The notes under the pieces are model-generated. The model ran no database searches, had not been told where the DNA came from, and saw nothing but the letters and a program-made list of their open reading frames with translations. Shown piece after piece: positions 1 to 8,985 of a stretch of 64,000 bases of DNA. Position 1 is the first letter of the stretch; every line of letters starts with the position of its first letter. This DNA is from Bacteroidota bacterium. GTDB taxonomy: Bacteria; Bacteroidota; Bacteroidia; NS11-12g; UBA9320. The DNA lies in the NCBI GenBank assembly GCA_016124755.1, contig WGNA01000011.1, positions 246,688 to 310,687 on the forward strand, given 5' to 3'. The position numbers and the translations under genes are program-made.

Positions 1-59
1 TGAAGAGATTAATTATAAAAAATTAATGAAGGTTGAGTTTTAAGGTGAGGGGGATCCGG

Positions 60-178
60 AGAAATGATTGATTTTTTGCTTACTTTTTTATCAAGAAAAA
101 AGTGAGAAAAGAGATTGTTAATTGATACCCAAACCGATTTACAATCTTGGTGTATCCAAACGGAGAAGCATTAAATAT
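60..178 (+). repeat. Copy 1 of a ~115-bp conserved noncoding element. The second copy is at 57758-57872. It contains an A/T-rich 11-bp-stem hairpin CTTACTTTTTT-atcaag-AAAAAAGTGAG.
   Basis: Aligning the two loci by eye gives about 85-90% identity over ~115 bp. Both copies sit directly upstream of + strand genes. Confidence 0.6.
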
Positions 179-190
179 TAAATCGCTAAA

Positions 191-610
191 ATGATCAAGT
201 TATCACATGAAGACGCAAACTATGAAGCCGTTTTTTTTATCATCTTTTGGACACTTTTTACAATGCTGACAGGTTGTGACCCAACTCACCACTTGACATT
301 GGAGAATAAAACAGATAAAACCGTTCAAGTTATTTATCTGCCTGAAATAGACGGCAGATATTTAAATGGAATAGAAACAGAGAAGATTAATATTCGAGGT
401 CAGGAAATGAATATACTAACCTTAGACTCAGGAGAAATAATTACAATTGGTAGCGTTTCCGCCATGTATACTCCAAAAGCAAGTGATATTCACTTACAAT
501 ATTTAGAACTAAGATATGGTTCTGACACACTAAGGTTATCCGGAAAAAACGCAATATTTTCAACTATACAGAAGGTCAAAAAACTTGATTGGAGACTTTT
601 AATAAAATAA
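191..610 (+). CDS. Hypothetical lipoprotein, 139 aa. A possible lipobox LTGC follows a hydrophobic N-terminus.
   Basis: ORF with a signal-like N-terminus (FFIIFWTLFTMLTGC). I recognised no family. Confidence 0.35.
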   Translation: MIKLSHEDANYEAVFFIIFWTLFTMLTGCDPTHHLTLENKTDKTVQVIYLPEIDGRYLNGIETEKINIRGQEMNILTLDSGEIITIGSVSAMYTPKASDIHLQYLELRYGSDTLRLSGKNAIFSTIQKVKKLDWRLLIK

Positions 611-935
611 TAGATTGTTGACTGAATCACATTTTAATGAATCTTCCAAAATTACAATTATCATAAGCTTCAATAGTAAGATACTGCTGAGCTTGCAGAA
701 GAAAAACTTACACAATCAAAACTTCAATATTTATATCGATTATTGGGTTTATAGTGGCCTGCGAAAATTCTGTGAACAGTAATTAATTCTATTGTTGCTT
801 TCAAACCGGTAATATATTCACCTCTATATTAAAACAACAGATTCAAATACCTTCATATCATTTCTTGATCTAAATCAACAAATCAGGCTGATCCTTCAAT
901 CTACTTTTGCCGTCTGAAAAACAAGAAATAAAATA

Positions 936-1931
936 ATGAAAAACATTTTTCTAACACTTGGAGCAACGGGTGGAGTGGGGTATGCTTTTACACGTGAACT
1001 GATTTCAAGACAAATTCCTTCAACCATTTTAGTGCGAAACCGGGAAAAGGCAATCAAACTTTTTGGGAATTCTGAATATCTGGAAATCGTGGAAGGTGAC
1101 ATCACCAACAGCAATATTTTGCATAAAATCTCCGGTGGAAAGAAGTTTATTTTCTTCGGAATAAATTTCCCGTATCAGGATTGGGAATCGAAATTTAAAC
1201 CTTCTCTGGAGACCGTAATTAATGCGTCTAAAGAATCTCGCGCGACCATACTCTTTCCTGAAAATAATTATGCTTTTGGAAATACTTCATCTCCTATTTC
1301 AGAGATTACTGAACCAGTACCTACAACTAAAAAAGGGTTGATTCGGCTGGAATTGGTAAAACTGTTAAAAGCTGCCTCTCAACACGGTGATTGCAAAGCG
1401 GTTGTTTTACGACTTCCCGATTTTTTTGGTCCGAATGTTACCAATGGTTTAATTAAGCCCATCTTTGAAAATGCGATACATCAAAAGCCAATGCAATGGA
1501 TAATAAATGCGGATATTCCTCATCAATTTGCCTTTACCCCGGACGTGGCTGCGGTTTTTTATCAACTCACACAAGTAAAGGAATTGCCGGATTTTTATTT
1601 GTTGAATTATGGAGGAGAAGTTATTTCCAGCATTAAAGAATTTGGTATAAACGTGAGTAAATGTACGAACGGACCATCGGAAATAAAGGTGCTTCCGAAA
1701 TTTGTCTTAAACTTAATTGGCTTGGTTAGTCCGGAAGTGAAATCCCTGAAGGAAAATTTCTACCAATTTGAAAACTCAATTGTTTTGGACGACACAACAT
1801 TCAATAAAACATTCCCGGATTTTAAGAAAACACCTATGCAGGATGCCATTAAGGCAACCGTTGATTGGTACAGGCAGCATCACAGTATTTCTAAATTGAA
1901 AGCTGACCAAATCTATGTTACGAAATCTTAA
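936..1931 (+). CDS. NAD(P)-dependent epimerase/dehydratase, an SDR-family oxidoreductase.
   Basis: N-terminal Rossmann motif TLGATGGVG. The length is about 330 aa, as expected for extended SDRs. Confidence 0.65.
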   Translation: MKNIFLTLGATGGVGYAFTRELISRQIPSTILVRNREKAIKLFGNSEYLEIVEGDITNSNILHKISGGKKFIFFGINFPYQDWESKFKPSLETVINASKESRATILFPENNYAFGNTSSPISEITEPVPTTKKGLIRLELVKLLKAASQHGDCKAVVLRLPDFFGPNVTNGLIKPIFENAIHQKPMQWIINADIPHQFAFTPDVAAVFYQLTQVKELPDFYLLNYGGEVISSIKEFGINVSKCTNGPSEIKVLPKFVLNLIGLVSPEVKSLKENFYQFENSIVLDDTTFNKTFPDFKKTPMQDAIKATVDWYRQHHSISKLKADQIYVTKS

Positions 1932-2316
1932 AAAGGTAAGGAGTGAAAGCCTTTCAGTTCTTTTTTATTCTAAAAACTGTGTAACGGATATTATTTGAAA
2001 AGTAATCTTGCATATAGCAAGGTTTGTATAACCATAATGGCGGAGATATTCTTCGAAATGAATGTTGTCAAGAGTAGCCCAGGCAGCAAAACATAAGAAA
2101 ATAATCCAGAGACGGGAGCTCTAAGACCAATGAATTACAGAATGCTAAAAACCTGATCGGCTTTGGTATAAATTGTTTTTAGCTCTTCAAATAGTTGGTG
2201 ATATCGACTGCCTGCAAGTACCTTTGTAAACTTAGAATGTGGTTATTTGTACGAAAGGAATTGAAATGATTCTCAATATGTGATCTCTACTGTATAATGA
2301 ATAATTTGAATGAAAA

Positions 2317-3069
2317 ATGGAACACCTAAATAAAGTAGCAAAAATATCCCTGATTTTTTGGTTGATGAAAATTGTAGCCACCACGTTGGGTGAAACGTTG
2401 GGAGATTTTTTTTCAATGACACTTAAATTGGGGTATGGCGCCGGAATTGGTATTACATTGTTATTTTTTATCGGTGTGTTGATTGCTCAATTAGCTGCAA
2501 AAAAATATGAGCCCGTTATTTATTGGCTTGTGATTATTGGCACAACAACTTTGGGAACCGAGATTTCAGATTTTATTGATAGGAGTTTACATCTGGGATA
2601 TACGTTTGGAAGCTTACTTCTGGTGTCCGGACTTTTAATAACCTTGTATTTTTGGTTTCGGAAATACAAATCGCTGGAAGTTTATCCGATAAGTGAAAGA
2701 TCTAAGGAAATATATTATTGGATTGCCATCCTATTTTCCAATAGTTTAGGGACTGCTTTTGGTGATTTTCTGAGTGATGATGTCGGTTTAAGCTATTTGA
2801 ACGGTGCGCTTGTAACAGGCGCAATTATTTTGATTGTTGTGCTATTACACTACATGACCAAAATTAATCATATTGTTTTATTCTGGATTGCCTTTGTATT
2901 TACGAGACCTTTTGGTGCAACCTTTGGCGATTTTTTAACGAAACCCTTATCGAAGGGAGGATTGGATTTGGGAACATTGCAATCTTCTTTGGTATCTGTT
3001 ATGGTCATGACCATTTTAATTTATATCGCGCATTTTCAACACAAAAGATCCCATACAGAACAAAATTGA
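2317..3069 (+). CDS. Polytopic membrane protein with a four-fold internal repeat (TM helix, LGxxxGDFxS...LGY, TM helix).
   Basis: Four repeats are visible in the translation: LGETLGDFFS..LKLGY, LGTEISDFID..LHLGY, LGTAFGDFLSD..GLSY, FGATFGDFLTK..LDLG. Each is flanked by hydrophobic helices. Confidence 0.55.
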   Translation: MEHLNKVAKISLIFWLMKIVATTLGETLGDFFSMTLKLGYGAGIGITLLFFIGVLIAQLAAKKYEPVIYWLVIIGTTTLGTEISDFIDRSLHLGYTFGSLLLVSGLLITLYFWFRKYKSLEVYPISERSKEIYYWIAILFSNSLGTAFGDFLSDDVGLSYLNGALVTGAIILIVVLLHYMTKINHIVLFWIAFVFTRPFGATFGDFLTKPLSKGGLDLGTLQSSLVSVMVMTILIYIAHFQHKRSHTEQN

Positions 3070-3321
3070 TTGGTTCGATTTCAAGTATATCTGCCACTAA
3101 AAAAGTTATGTAGTTAAAACTATCGCTATAGCATGAGGATGCTTGGCATGTGGTAGTTGGCCCAGGTATGACTTACCCGTAAAGTATGAACATCAAAACC
3201 AATGTAGAGTAATCGGAGTCCTGTCAATTAAAGACTGTTAAAAACCGGATCGGCGGAGATATAAGGCCGGTTATACATCAGATTGTTTTAAATTAATTCC
3301 AATATTTTCGCCGACCGGAAA

Positions 3322-4386
3322 TTGGGAATAATCCAGATTTTAAATTTAACATTCATGTATAAAAGATTAAAACCACTTGTAGGGATACCGTCCATAGCAT
3401 TAATATGCTTGCTGGTTGCTGTATCAGGATGTGCGATGGATCTTCAACCGCTCCCCGATTCGGTTGAAGCCGAGGTCGACCATGCTATTGAGCGAGGTTT
3501 CGACGGAATAATAGTGTATGTTAATCGACCGGGGAATTCACGACATTACTGTTCCGGCTGGAAGAACCGCGAGAATAAAATTCCGGCTGATTCGAGCACT
3601 TTATTCAAAATTGCGAGCATAAGCAAATTATACATTGCAGCCGCCACAACAATGCTGGTTGCCAACGATCAGTTGTCGTTGGATGACACGCTGTCTGCAC
3701 TAATTCCCGAAGTTTCCGGAAGAATAGAAAATGCAAATCAGATCACTTTGCGATTGTTGTTGCAACACCGGAGCGGGATTCCGGATTTCCTATTTGATCC
3801 GGAATTTAAAAACAGCGATCCGGATGAGGATTACTTAACCACAGCTTCCCTCATTTATGATGAACCTGCAGATTTTCCTCCGGACAAAAAATACAAGTAT
3901 TCAAATACCAATTATTTACTAATCGGAGAAATTCTTGACAGAACTCTGGGGTATTCGCATCACGATTATATCAAACAGAATATATTAATTCCACTCGGTT
4001 TGAAAAATACATACAATGTGTATAGCGATGCCGATTCCAATGCAGTAATGAGTGGTTATTATATCGGGTACAATCGGGATCTGAAATCCGATGATTTTAC
4101 CCGTCCGGGCGGGTCAATGGTTGCTTCAGCTGAAGACGTTGCCATTTTTTTAAGAGCACTGATCGACGGAACTTTATTTACTGAAAAGGAGCAGGCCATT
4201 TATTCCTCGGTTTATGTATATGAACACACCGGCTGGTTGAATGGATACACGAGTATTGCCCGCTATCATAGCGATATGGATGCGGTCGTTGTTCAGTTTG
4301 TGAATACCAGCAGCAACGAGATTTATTGGTTGAAATTGGAACGCGTTTACAACCGGATCGTACGAATTCTCGAAAAGGAAAATTAG
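3322..4386 (+). CDS. Serine hydrolase of the beta-lactamase / class C PBP-like family. The likely true start is M at 3355, which gives a lipoprotein signal LVAVSGC.
   Basis: SxxK motif (FKIASISKLY) and YxN motif (YSNTNY). Paralog of 4963..6000. Confidence 0.7.
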   Translation: MGIIQILNLTFMYKRLKPLVGIPSIALICLLVAVSGCAMDLQPLPDSVEAEVDHAIERGFDGIIVYVNRPGNSRHYCSGWKNRENKIPADSSTLFKIASISKLYIAAATTMLVANDQLSLDDTLSALIPEVSGRIENANQITLRLLLQHRSGIPDFLFDPEFKNSDPDEDYLTTASLIYDEPADFPPDKKYKYSNTNYLLIGEILDRTLGYSHHDYIKQNILIPLGLKNTYNVYSDADSNAVMSGYYIGYNRDLKSDDFTRPGGSMVASAEDVAIFLRALIDGTLFTEKEQAIYSSVYVYEHTGWLNGYTSIARYHSDMDAVVVQFVNTSSNEIYWLKLERVYNRIVRILEKEN

Positions 4387-4393
4387 GACGAAA

Positions 4394-4936
4394 ATGAAAA
4401 ATATACTTTTATCGCTTTTATTCCTGATTCCATTATTTGTGTCTGCCCAACACAAAGAACCAATTCGCAAATTTGGATTTGTATTGAATTCGGGTTTTAA
4501 TGGTGAACTTTATCCGATCAGACTGGTCCCGGGGGTTACGTACACAAAAGGAAAAAATAAAATCGAATTGGGTACAGGATTTCACCCATACCTGAAGCAA
4601 AAACAAAGATTGGTAAGCGGAGAAATGAATTACAAATATTTTCCGAATGGGATGGCTAACAAATTAAATATGTATCTGGTAGGGCGTTTTTCGTATGTTA
4701 ATAACAAAAGAGATACGTATTTCCCCACCACATACAATTATCTTTTCCTTAACGGAGGATATGGTTTTGAGATAAATGCATTCACTGGTGTGTATCTCGG
4801 AACAAATGTGAGTGCAGGCGGTTTTACCTACAGTAAAAATTCAGAAAATCCGTATTTAAGTTATTCTAAAAATAAAATGTTTGATAATTCAGGCTTAAAT
4901 CTGGCTTTTCAGTTTAATATCGGTTACAGACTTTAA
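4394..4936 (+). CDS. Small outer-membrane beta-barrel protein.
   Basis: Signal peptide (LLFLIPLFVSAQ) and alternating aromatic/hydrophilic strands. The C-terminus ends ...IGYRL. Confidence 0.5.
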   Translation: MKNILLSLLFLIPLFVSAQHKEPIRKFGFVLNSGFNGELYPIRLVPGVTYTKGKNKIELGTGFHPYLKQKQRLVSGEMNYKYFPNGMANKLNMYLVGRFSYVNNKRDTYFPTTYNYLFLNGGYGFEINAFTGVYLGTNVSAGGFTYSKNSENPYLSYSKNKMFDNSGLNLAFQFNIGYRL

Positions 4937-4962
4937 TTCAAATAATTTAACAACTATTATTA

Positions 4963-6000
4963 ATGGGGAAAAGAACACAGAAAATTATTCGAATTGTTTT
5001 ATTGGCCGGAACGGTTATCTCAATGTTTTTTGTTCCGTGGATTTTGGTCAAAGCCTGGATAAAGCCCCTCCCGGATACGGTTCAGAAACAATTGGAGGAA
5101 GCGGTTGACCTCGGATTTGAAGGAATTATTGTTTACGTTGATGAAGCCGGGAAACCACCGGCTTTTTATGCGGCAGGTTATCATAACCGGGATGCCAAAA
5201 CACCGGCAGATGCGCATTCATTATTTAAAATAGCCAGCATCGGAAAGCTTTATACAGCCGTTTCCATAACCCGATTGTCGTATTATGGCCGCTTAAATTT
5301 AGATGATAAACTCACGGATTTTTTTCCCGAGTTTTCCCATAGAATCGAATACGCGAATAAAATTACGGTGAGTAATCTGGTACGGCACCGGAGTGGAATT
5401 CCGGATTTCGTGGGCACCCCGGACTATTGGGTTCATCCGAAACAAACAGGTCAGGATCGTCTGGATCTGGTGCTCGACTTGCCGGCGCATTTCGAACCGG
5501 GTGAGAAATATGAATACAGCAACACGAATTATTTATTACTAGCCCGAATTATTGAAAAGGTTACTGGTATAAGTAAGTTTCAATATATACAACAGGAAAT
5601 ATTAAATCCGCTCCATCTGAAAAACACCTTTGGTTCCATAGATGACGTGAACCTTGACGAGGTAATGAGCGGTTATTACGAAGGATATGAAAAGGATTTA
5701 AAGACAGACAACAATGGAGTAATGCTGGCAACTGCCGAAGATCTGGGGAAATTTATCCGGGCGTTAAACAACGGTTCGGTCTTTAAAGATAAAAGAGAAC
5801 AGGAAATTTATTCCACATTATATAAATACGAACACACGGGTTTAATTCCGGGTTATCAGAGTATAGCGAAATATGAAAAAGACCTCGATGCTGTAGTAAT
5901 TCAGTTTACCAACCATACGAACTTTGATGGTTACGAATGGAATTTATCCGAAATTGTTTTTAACAGGATTTTGAAAATAATCCGGAAATCAAAATCTTAA
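4963..6000 (+). CDS. Serine hydrolase of the beta-lactamase family. It is a membrane-anchored paralog of 3322..4386.
   Basis: SxxK motif (FKIASIGKLY) and YSNTNY. An N-terminal TM helix is present. Identity to the upstream paralog by eye is about 45%. Confidence 0.7.
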   Translation: MGKRTQKIIRIVLLAGTVISMFFVPWILVKAWIKPLPDTVQKQLEEAVDLGFEGIIVYVDEAGKPPAFYAAGYHNRDAKTPADAHSLFKIASIGKLYTAVSITRLSYYGRLNLDDKLTDFFPEFSHRIEYANKITVSNLVRHRSGIPDFVGTPDYWVHPKQTGQDRLDLVLDLPAHFEPGEKYEYSNTNYLLLARIIEKVTGISKFQYIQQEILNPLHLKNTFGSIDDVNLDEVMSGYYEGYEKDLKTDNNGVMLATAEDLGKFIRALNNGSVFKDKREQEIYSTLYKYEHTGLIPGYQSIAKYEKDLDAVVIQFTNHTNFDGYEWNLSEIVFNRILKIIRKSKS

Positions 6001-6236
6001 ATAAAACCCAGACTAGAAAAACACATGATGCCCAAGCTTTATCAAAAAATCTTCCTTTGTTGGCGGCAGATACTTCATTCGGTTCGGGGTGTAAGGTAGA
6101 TCAGTGGTGAAATGAGAGGTGTTTTGGAGTAAGTGTGCGCGACTTTTCACTATGGCAGGTTGAATTAAATTCGGATATCTGATGGATTTGTATTTCACAC
6201 GACATAATTTTGGTTTTGAAATCCGGTTGAAATATT

Positions 6237-7361
6237 ATGGTCAATTATGCAAAAAAGTTGCTGATTTTTATTAATACGCTTTTGCCAGTTGTTACTACAG
6301 CATGTACTTGTGTTCCTTTTCCAACTTACCGGGTTGATACGACAGAATTGAAAGAGTACGATTTCATTGCCCATGTTTTAATAACCAATGCAAACAGCGA
6401 TACAAATAATATTTCGGATAAAATTGCGACCATTCAAATTCTTGAATTGTTTAAGGGTAGCAATGTAAGTTCAATTCGCGAAGAAGGCAAAAATTCATTT
6501 TGTAAGGTTGGGTTCCTTGACGGAGAGGAATGGGTGGTTTTTTGTAAAATTTATAATGGTGAACTTTACCAAAGTATTTGTGATCGTTATGTGCAAATCA
6601 GAGAATCAGATGGCACAAAAAAGTATGGAGCTGATCACTTGTCGGTTTTGCGTGAATATTATCATCACCCGGAAAAAAAGATTGATGACGGGGTGAACAG
6701 AGAGTATTACCGAAACTGTCAGATTGAGATTGAGGAAAATTATCTGAATGGTAAGTATCACGGTGAAAGAAAGATGTGGTATCCTAATGGTCAGATAATG
6801 CGCATTGATACTTTTGTCAATGGTCACTTATCAGGTCTTTCCAGAAGCTGGTATCCCAACGGTGGTTTGAAATGTACAGGTCTTTATGTAGATGGTGCTT
6901 CGGAAGGGAAGTCGGTGTGTTATTATCCATCCGGACAGATTTCCTCCATTCATTTCGCCGCAAATGGTAAATTAGTCGGACAGTACGTAACATATTTTGA
7001 TACCTCCGAGTCGCTCGATTTTATGTTAAAATCATCTGGTTTGCCAAATGGAGATATTGATTCTTTAATAAGACTGTATAATAAAATTCAAGTACAAGAT
7101 GAATGGATTTATAATGATAAAGGCGAAATCATGATTAAACGGGCATTCAGGAGAAATGGCCATATTGAACATGAGGAAATATTTGTGAACGAACTGAATT
7201 GGGTGACATATATATCTTATCATGAAAATGGGAGGCTTGAATCGGTTGGGTATAAAAAGGATGGGAAAAAATACGGTCATTATCAATGGTACGATGAAAA
7301 TGGCTTGCCAACCCGTGGCTGGGACTATGATGAGGATGGAAGAATTATCAAGAAAAATTGA
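6237..7361 (+). CDS. MORN-repeat (YwqK-like) protein with a signal/lipoprotein N-terminus.
   Basis: Repeated YxNGxxxGxxxxWYxNG units (e.g. WYPNGQIMRIDTFVNGHLSG, WYPNGGLKCTGLYVDG). Confidence 0.55.
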   Translation: MVNYAKKLLIFINTLLPVVTTACTCVPFPTYRVDTTELKEYDFIAHVLITNANSDTNNISDKIATIQILELFKGSNVSSIREEGKNSFCKVGFLDGEEWVVFCKIYNGELYQSICDRYVQIRESDGTKKYGADHLSVLREYYHHPEKKIDDGVNREYYRNCQIEIEENYLNGKYHGERKMWYPNGQIMRIDTFVNGHLSGLSRSWYPNGGLKCTGLYVDGASEGKSVCYYPSGQISSIHFAANGKLVGQYVTYFDTSESLDFMLKSSGLPNGDIDSLIRLYNKIQVQDEWIYNDKGEIMIKRAFRRNGHIEHEEIFVNELNWVTYISYHENGRLESVGYKKDGKKYGHYQWYDENGLPTRGWDYDEDGRIIKKN

Positions 7362-7423
7362 AGAATTAAAGGTCGTAATTTAAGATCTCAATTTTGATCT
7401 AAGAAAGGAAAGCATAAGATACA

Positions 7424-8176
7424 ATGAAATTGATGGATGCCTTACATTCCGTTGTTGAATTTGTTAAAAAGCCCGGTAGCTACGTTATTACGGAACTTTT
7501 GTTGGTTGTTTTTATTCTTTTTGTATCTGTGGTTTATTTTTTATTACGAAACAACAGATTATTTAAGTCGGTAACCACAAATCAAAGGGGAACAGCATCG
7601 GAAAGAAATATGGTTGTGAATCTTTTAAAATCAGGTTTTCAGCCAGAAAATATTTTTCATGATCTTTTAGTTCACAAGGGCAATGATTATTTTTCTCAAA
7701 TTGATTTGGTAGTTCTCACCGATGAGGGGATTCTGGTAATTGAAGTAAAGGACTATAGTGGATGGATTTATGGCAGCGGATACGCAGCACAATGGACAAA
7801 AGTGTTAGCAAAGGGTAGAAAAAAATATAGATTTCAGAATCCTATCAAACAAAATCACAGTCACATTTTGGCATTGAAAAGTATTATTCCGGATTCCCAT
7901 TTGATCCCGTTTTATTCAATCATTGTTTTTTACGGTGATTGCCGGTTAAAGGATATAGACTTTGTGCCGAAAGATACCTATATAGTTAAATCAAGCCGGA
8001 TATTACAGGTTCTCAAACAGATTCGTAAAAATGGTGTTCCGGTTAAATATTGGGATAAATCGGAAGTTATATCGAAGTTGTCAAATGCTGTTATTGATGG
8101 TGGAAGCAAAATCAATCGAAAGCAACATGAGAAAAATATTAGAGACTTATTGGGTAAGGACCGAATTTTTAGATAA
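7424..8176 (+). CDS. NERD (nuclease-related domain) protein with an N-terminal TM helix.
   Basis: NERD core DLVVLTDEGILVIEVKDYSGWIYGS followed by a conserved W..Q. A hydrophobic segment sits at residues ~20-40. Confidence 0.6.
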   Translation: MKLMDALHSVVEFVKKPGSYVITELLLVVFILFVSVVYFLLRNNRLFKSVTTNQRGTASERNMVVNLLKSGFQPENIFHDLLVHKGNDYFSQIDLVVLTDEGILVIEVKDYSGWIYGSGYAAQWTKVLAKGRKKYRFQNPIKQNHSHILALKSIIPDSHLIPFYSIIVFYGDCRLKDIDFVPKDTYIVKSSRILQVLKQIRKNGVPVKYWDKSEVISKLSNAVIDGGSKINRKQHEKNIRDLLGKDRIFR

Positions 8177-8365
8177 TAGTATTCAGACTATGTTAAAGTC
8201 ATAAAGAAATTATTCGTTTCAGCTTTTATATTTGATTCTGAATCATTTGGGAATTCGTGCATAATTATGGTGCCATCAGCATTTTTATCCTCCTAAAATA
8301 TACTGATATCAAACTATGAATGAAATTTTGGTTTGGATACCTGCCTGCGATTTTATGATAAAAAT

Positions 8366-8950
8366 TCATTTCACCCCTTTGGGGTTGAACGTCCTCCTGT
8401 GTAGATTGTTTTATAATAATATCACCCCTTTGGGGTTTTGCAAACTCTGTGTAGTTTGTTTTATAATAATACCACCCCTTCGGGGTTTCACATACTCCTT
8501 TCCTTTGTTTTTATAATAATGCCAACCCTTCGGGTTTTACAACCTCGTTCACAAGATGTTTAATGGCAATTTCAATCCTTCTGGTTTACAAACCCTTGTT
8601 CAGAAGATCGATTTAGATTAATGCAAACCCATAAGGTTTGAGAACACCTGATCGCAGAGGATTTGTTTACTCTGAAAATTTATTTCAACGATCATAACCA
8701 ATCCCGAAGGGATGCAATGATTATAAAACCACACAAATGCAAATCCCAACCCCGAAGGGGTGACACATTATGGGAAATTAACTCGGGATTATAACCTGTG
8801 GTGTATAAGCTTTCCCACGAAGAAATAGTTCAGAAGAAAGATTGTTTAGGTATCACCCCTTCGGGGTTTACCATTCTCGTTTAGAGGTGTTTTTATAATA
8901 ATGCCAACCCTTCGGGTTTTATAACGATTTAGTATAAAAATTAGAGTTAC
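8366..8950. repeat. Array of about 10 degenerate ~50-bp units. Each carries a GC-clamped tetraloop hairpin (CACCCC-TTYG-GGGGTT or its reverse complement CCCC-GAAG-GGG) and a TGTTTTATAATAAT flank. The array fills the convergent intergenic region.
   Basis: Units start at about 8370, 8421, 8470, 8520, 8569, 8622, 8697, 8739, 8851 and 8902. Units G and H are inverted. The inter-hairpin segments are partly conserved (ctgtgtagattg / ctgtgtagtttg). Confidence 0.7.
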
Positions 8951-8985
8951 TAAAAATAGATTTAATAAAAAAACCTTTTTCCTGA

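Noticed and set aside
8316-8516. 66-aa ORF as a gene
   Set aside because: It is a translation of the tandem hairpin repeat units (repetitive ...TPLG... peptides).
8366-8950. CRISPR array
   Set aside because: The repeats are degenerate. The segments between repeats are partly conserved and only ~20 bp long. Some units are inverted. No cas genes are nearby.
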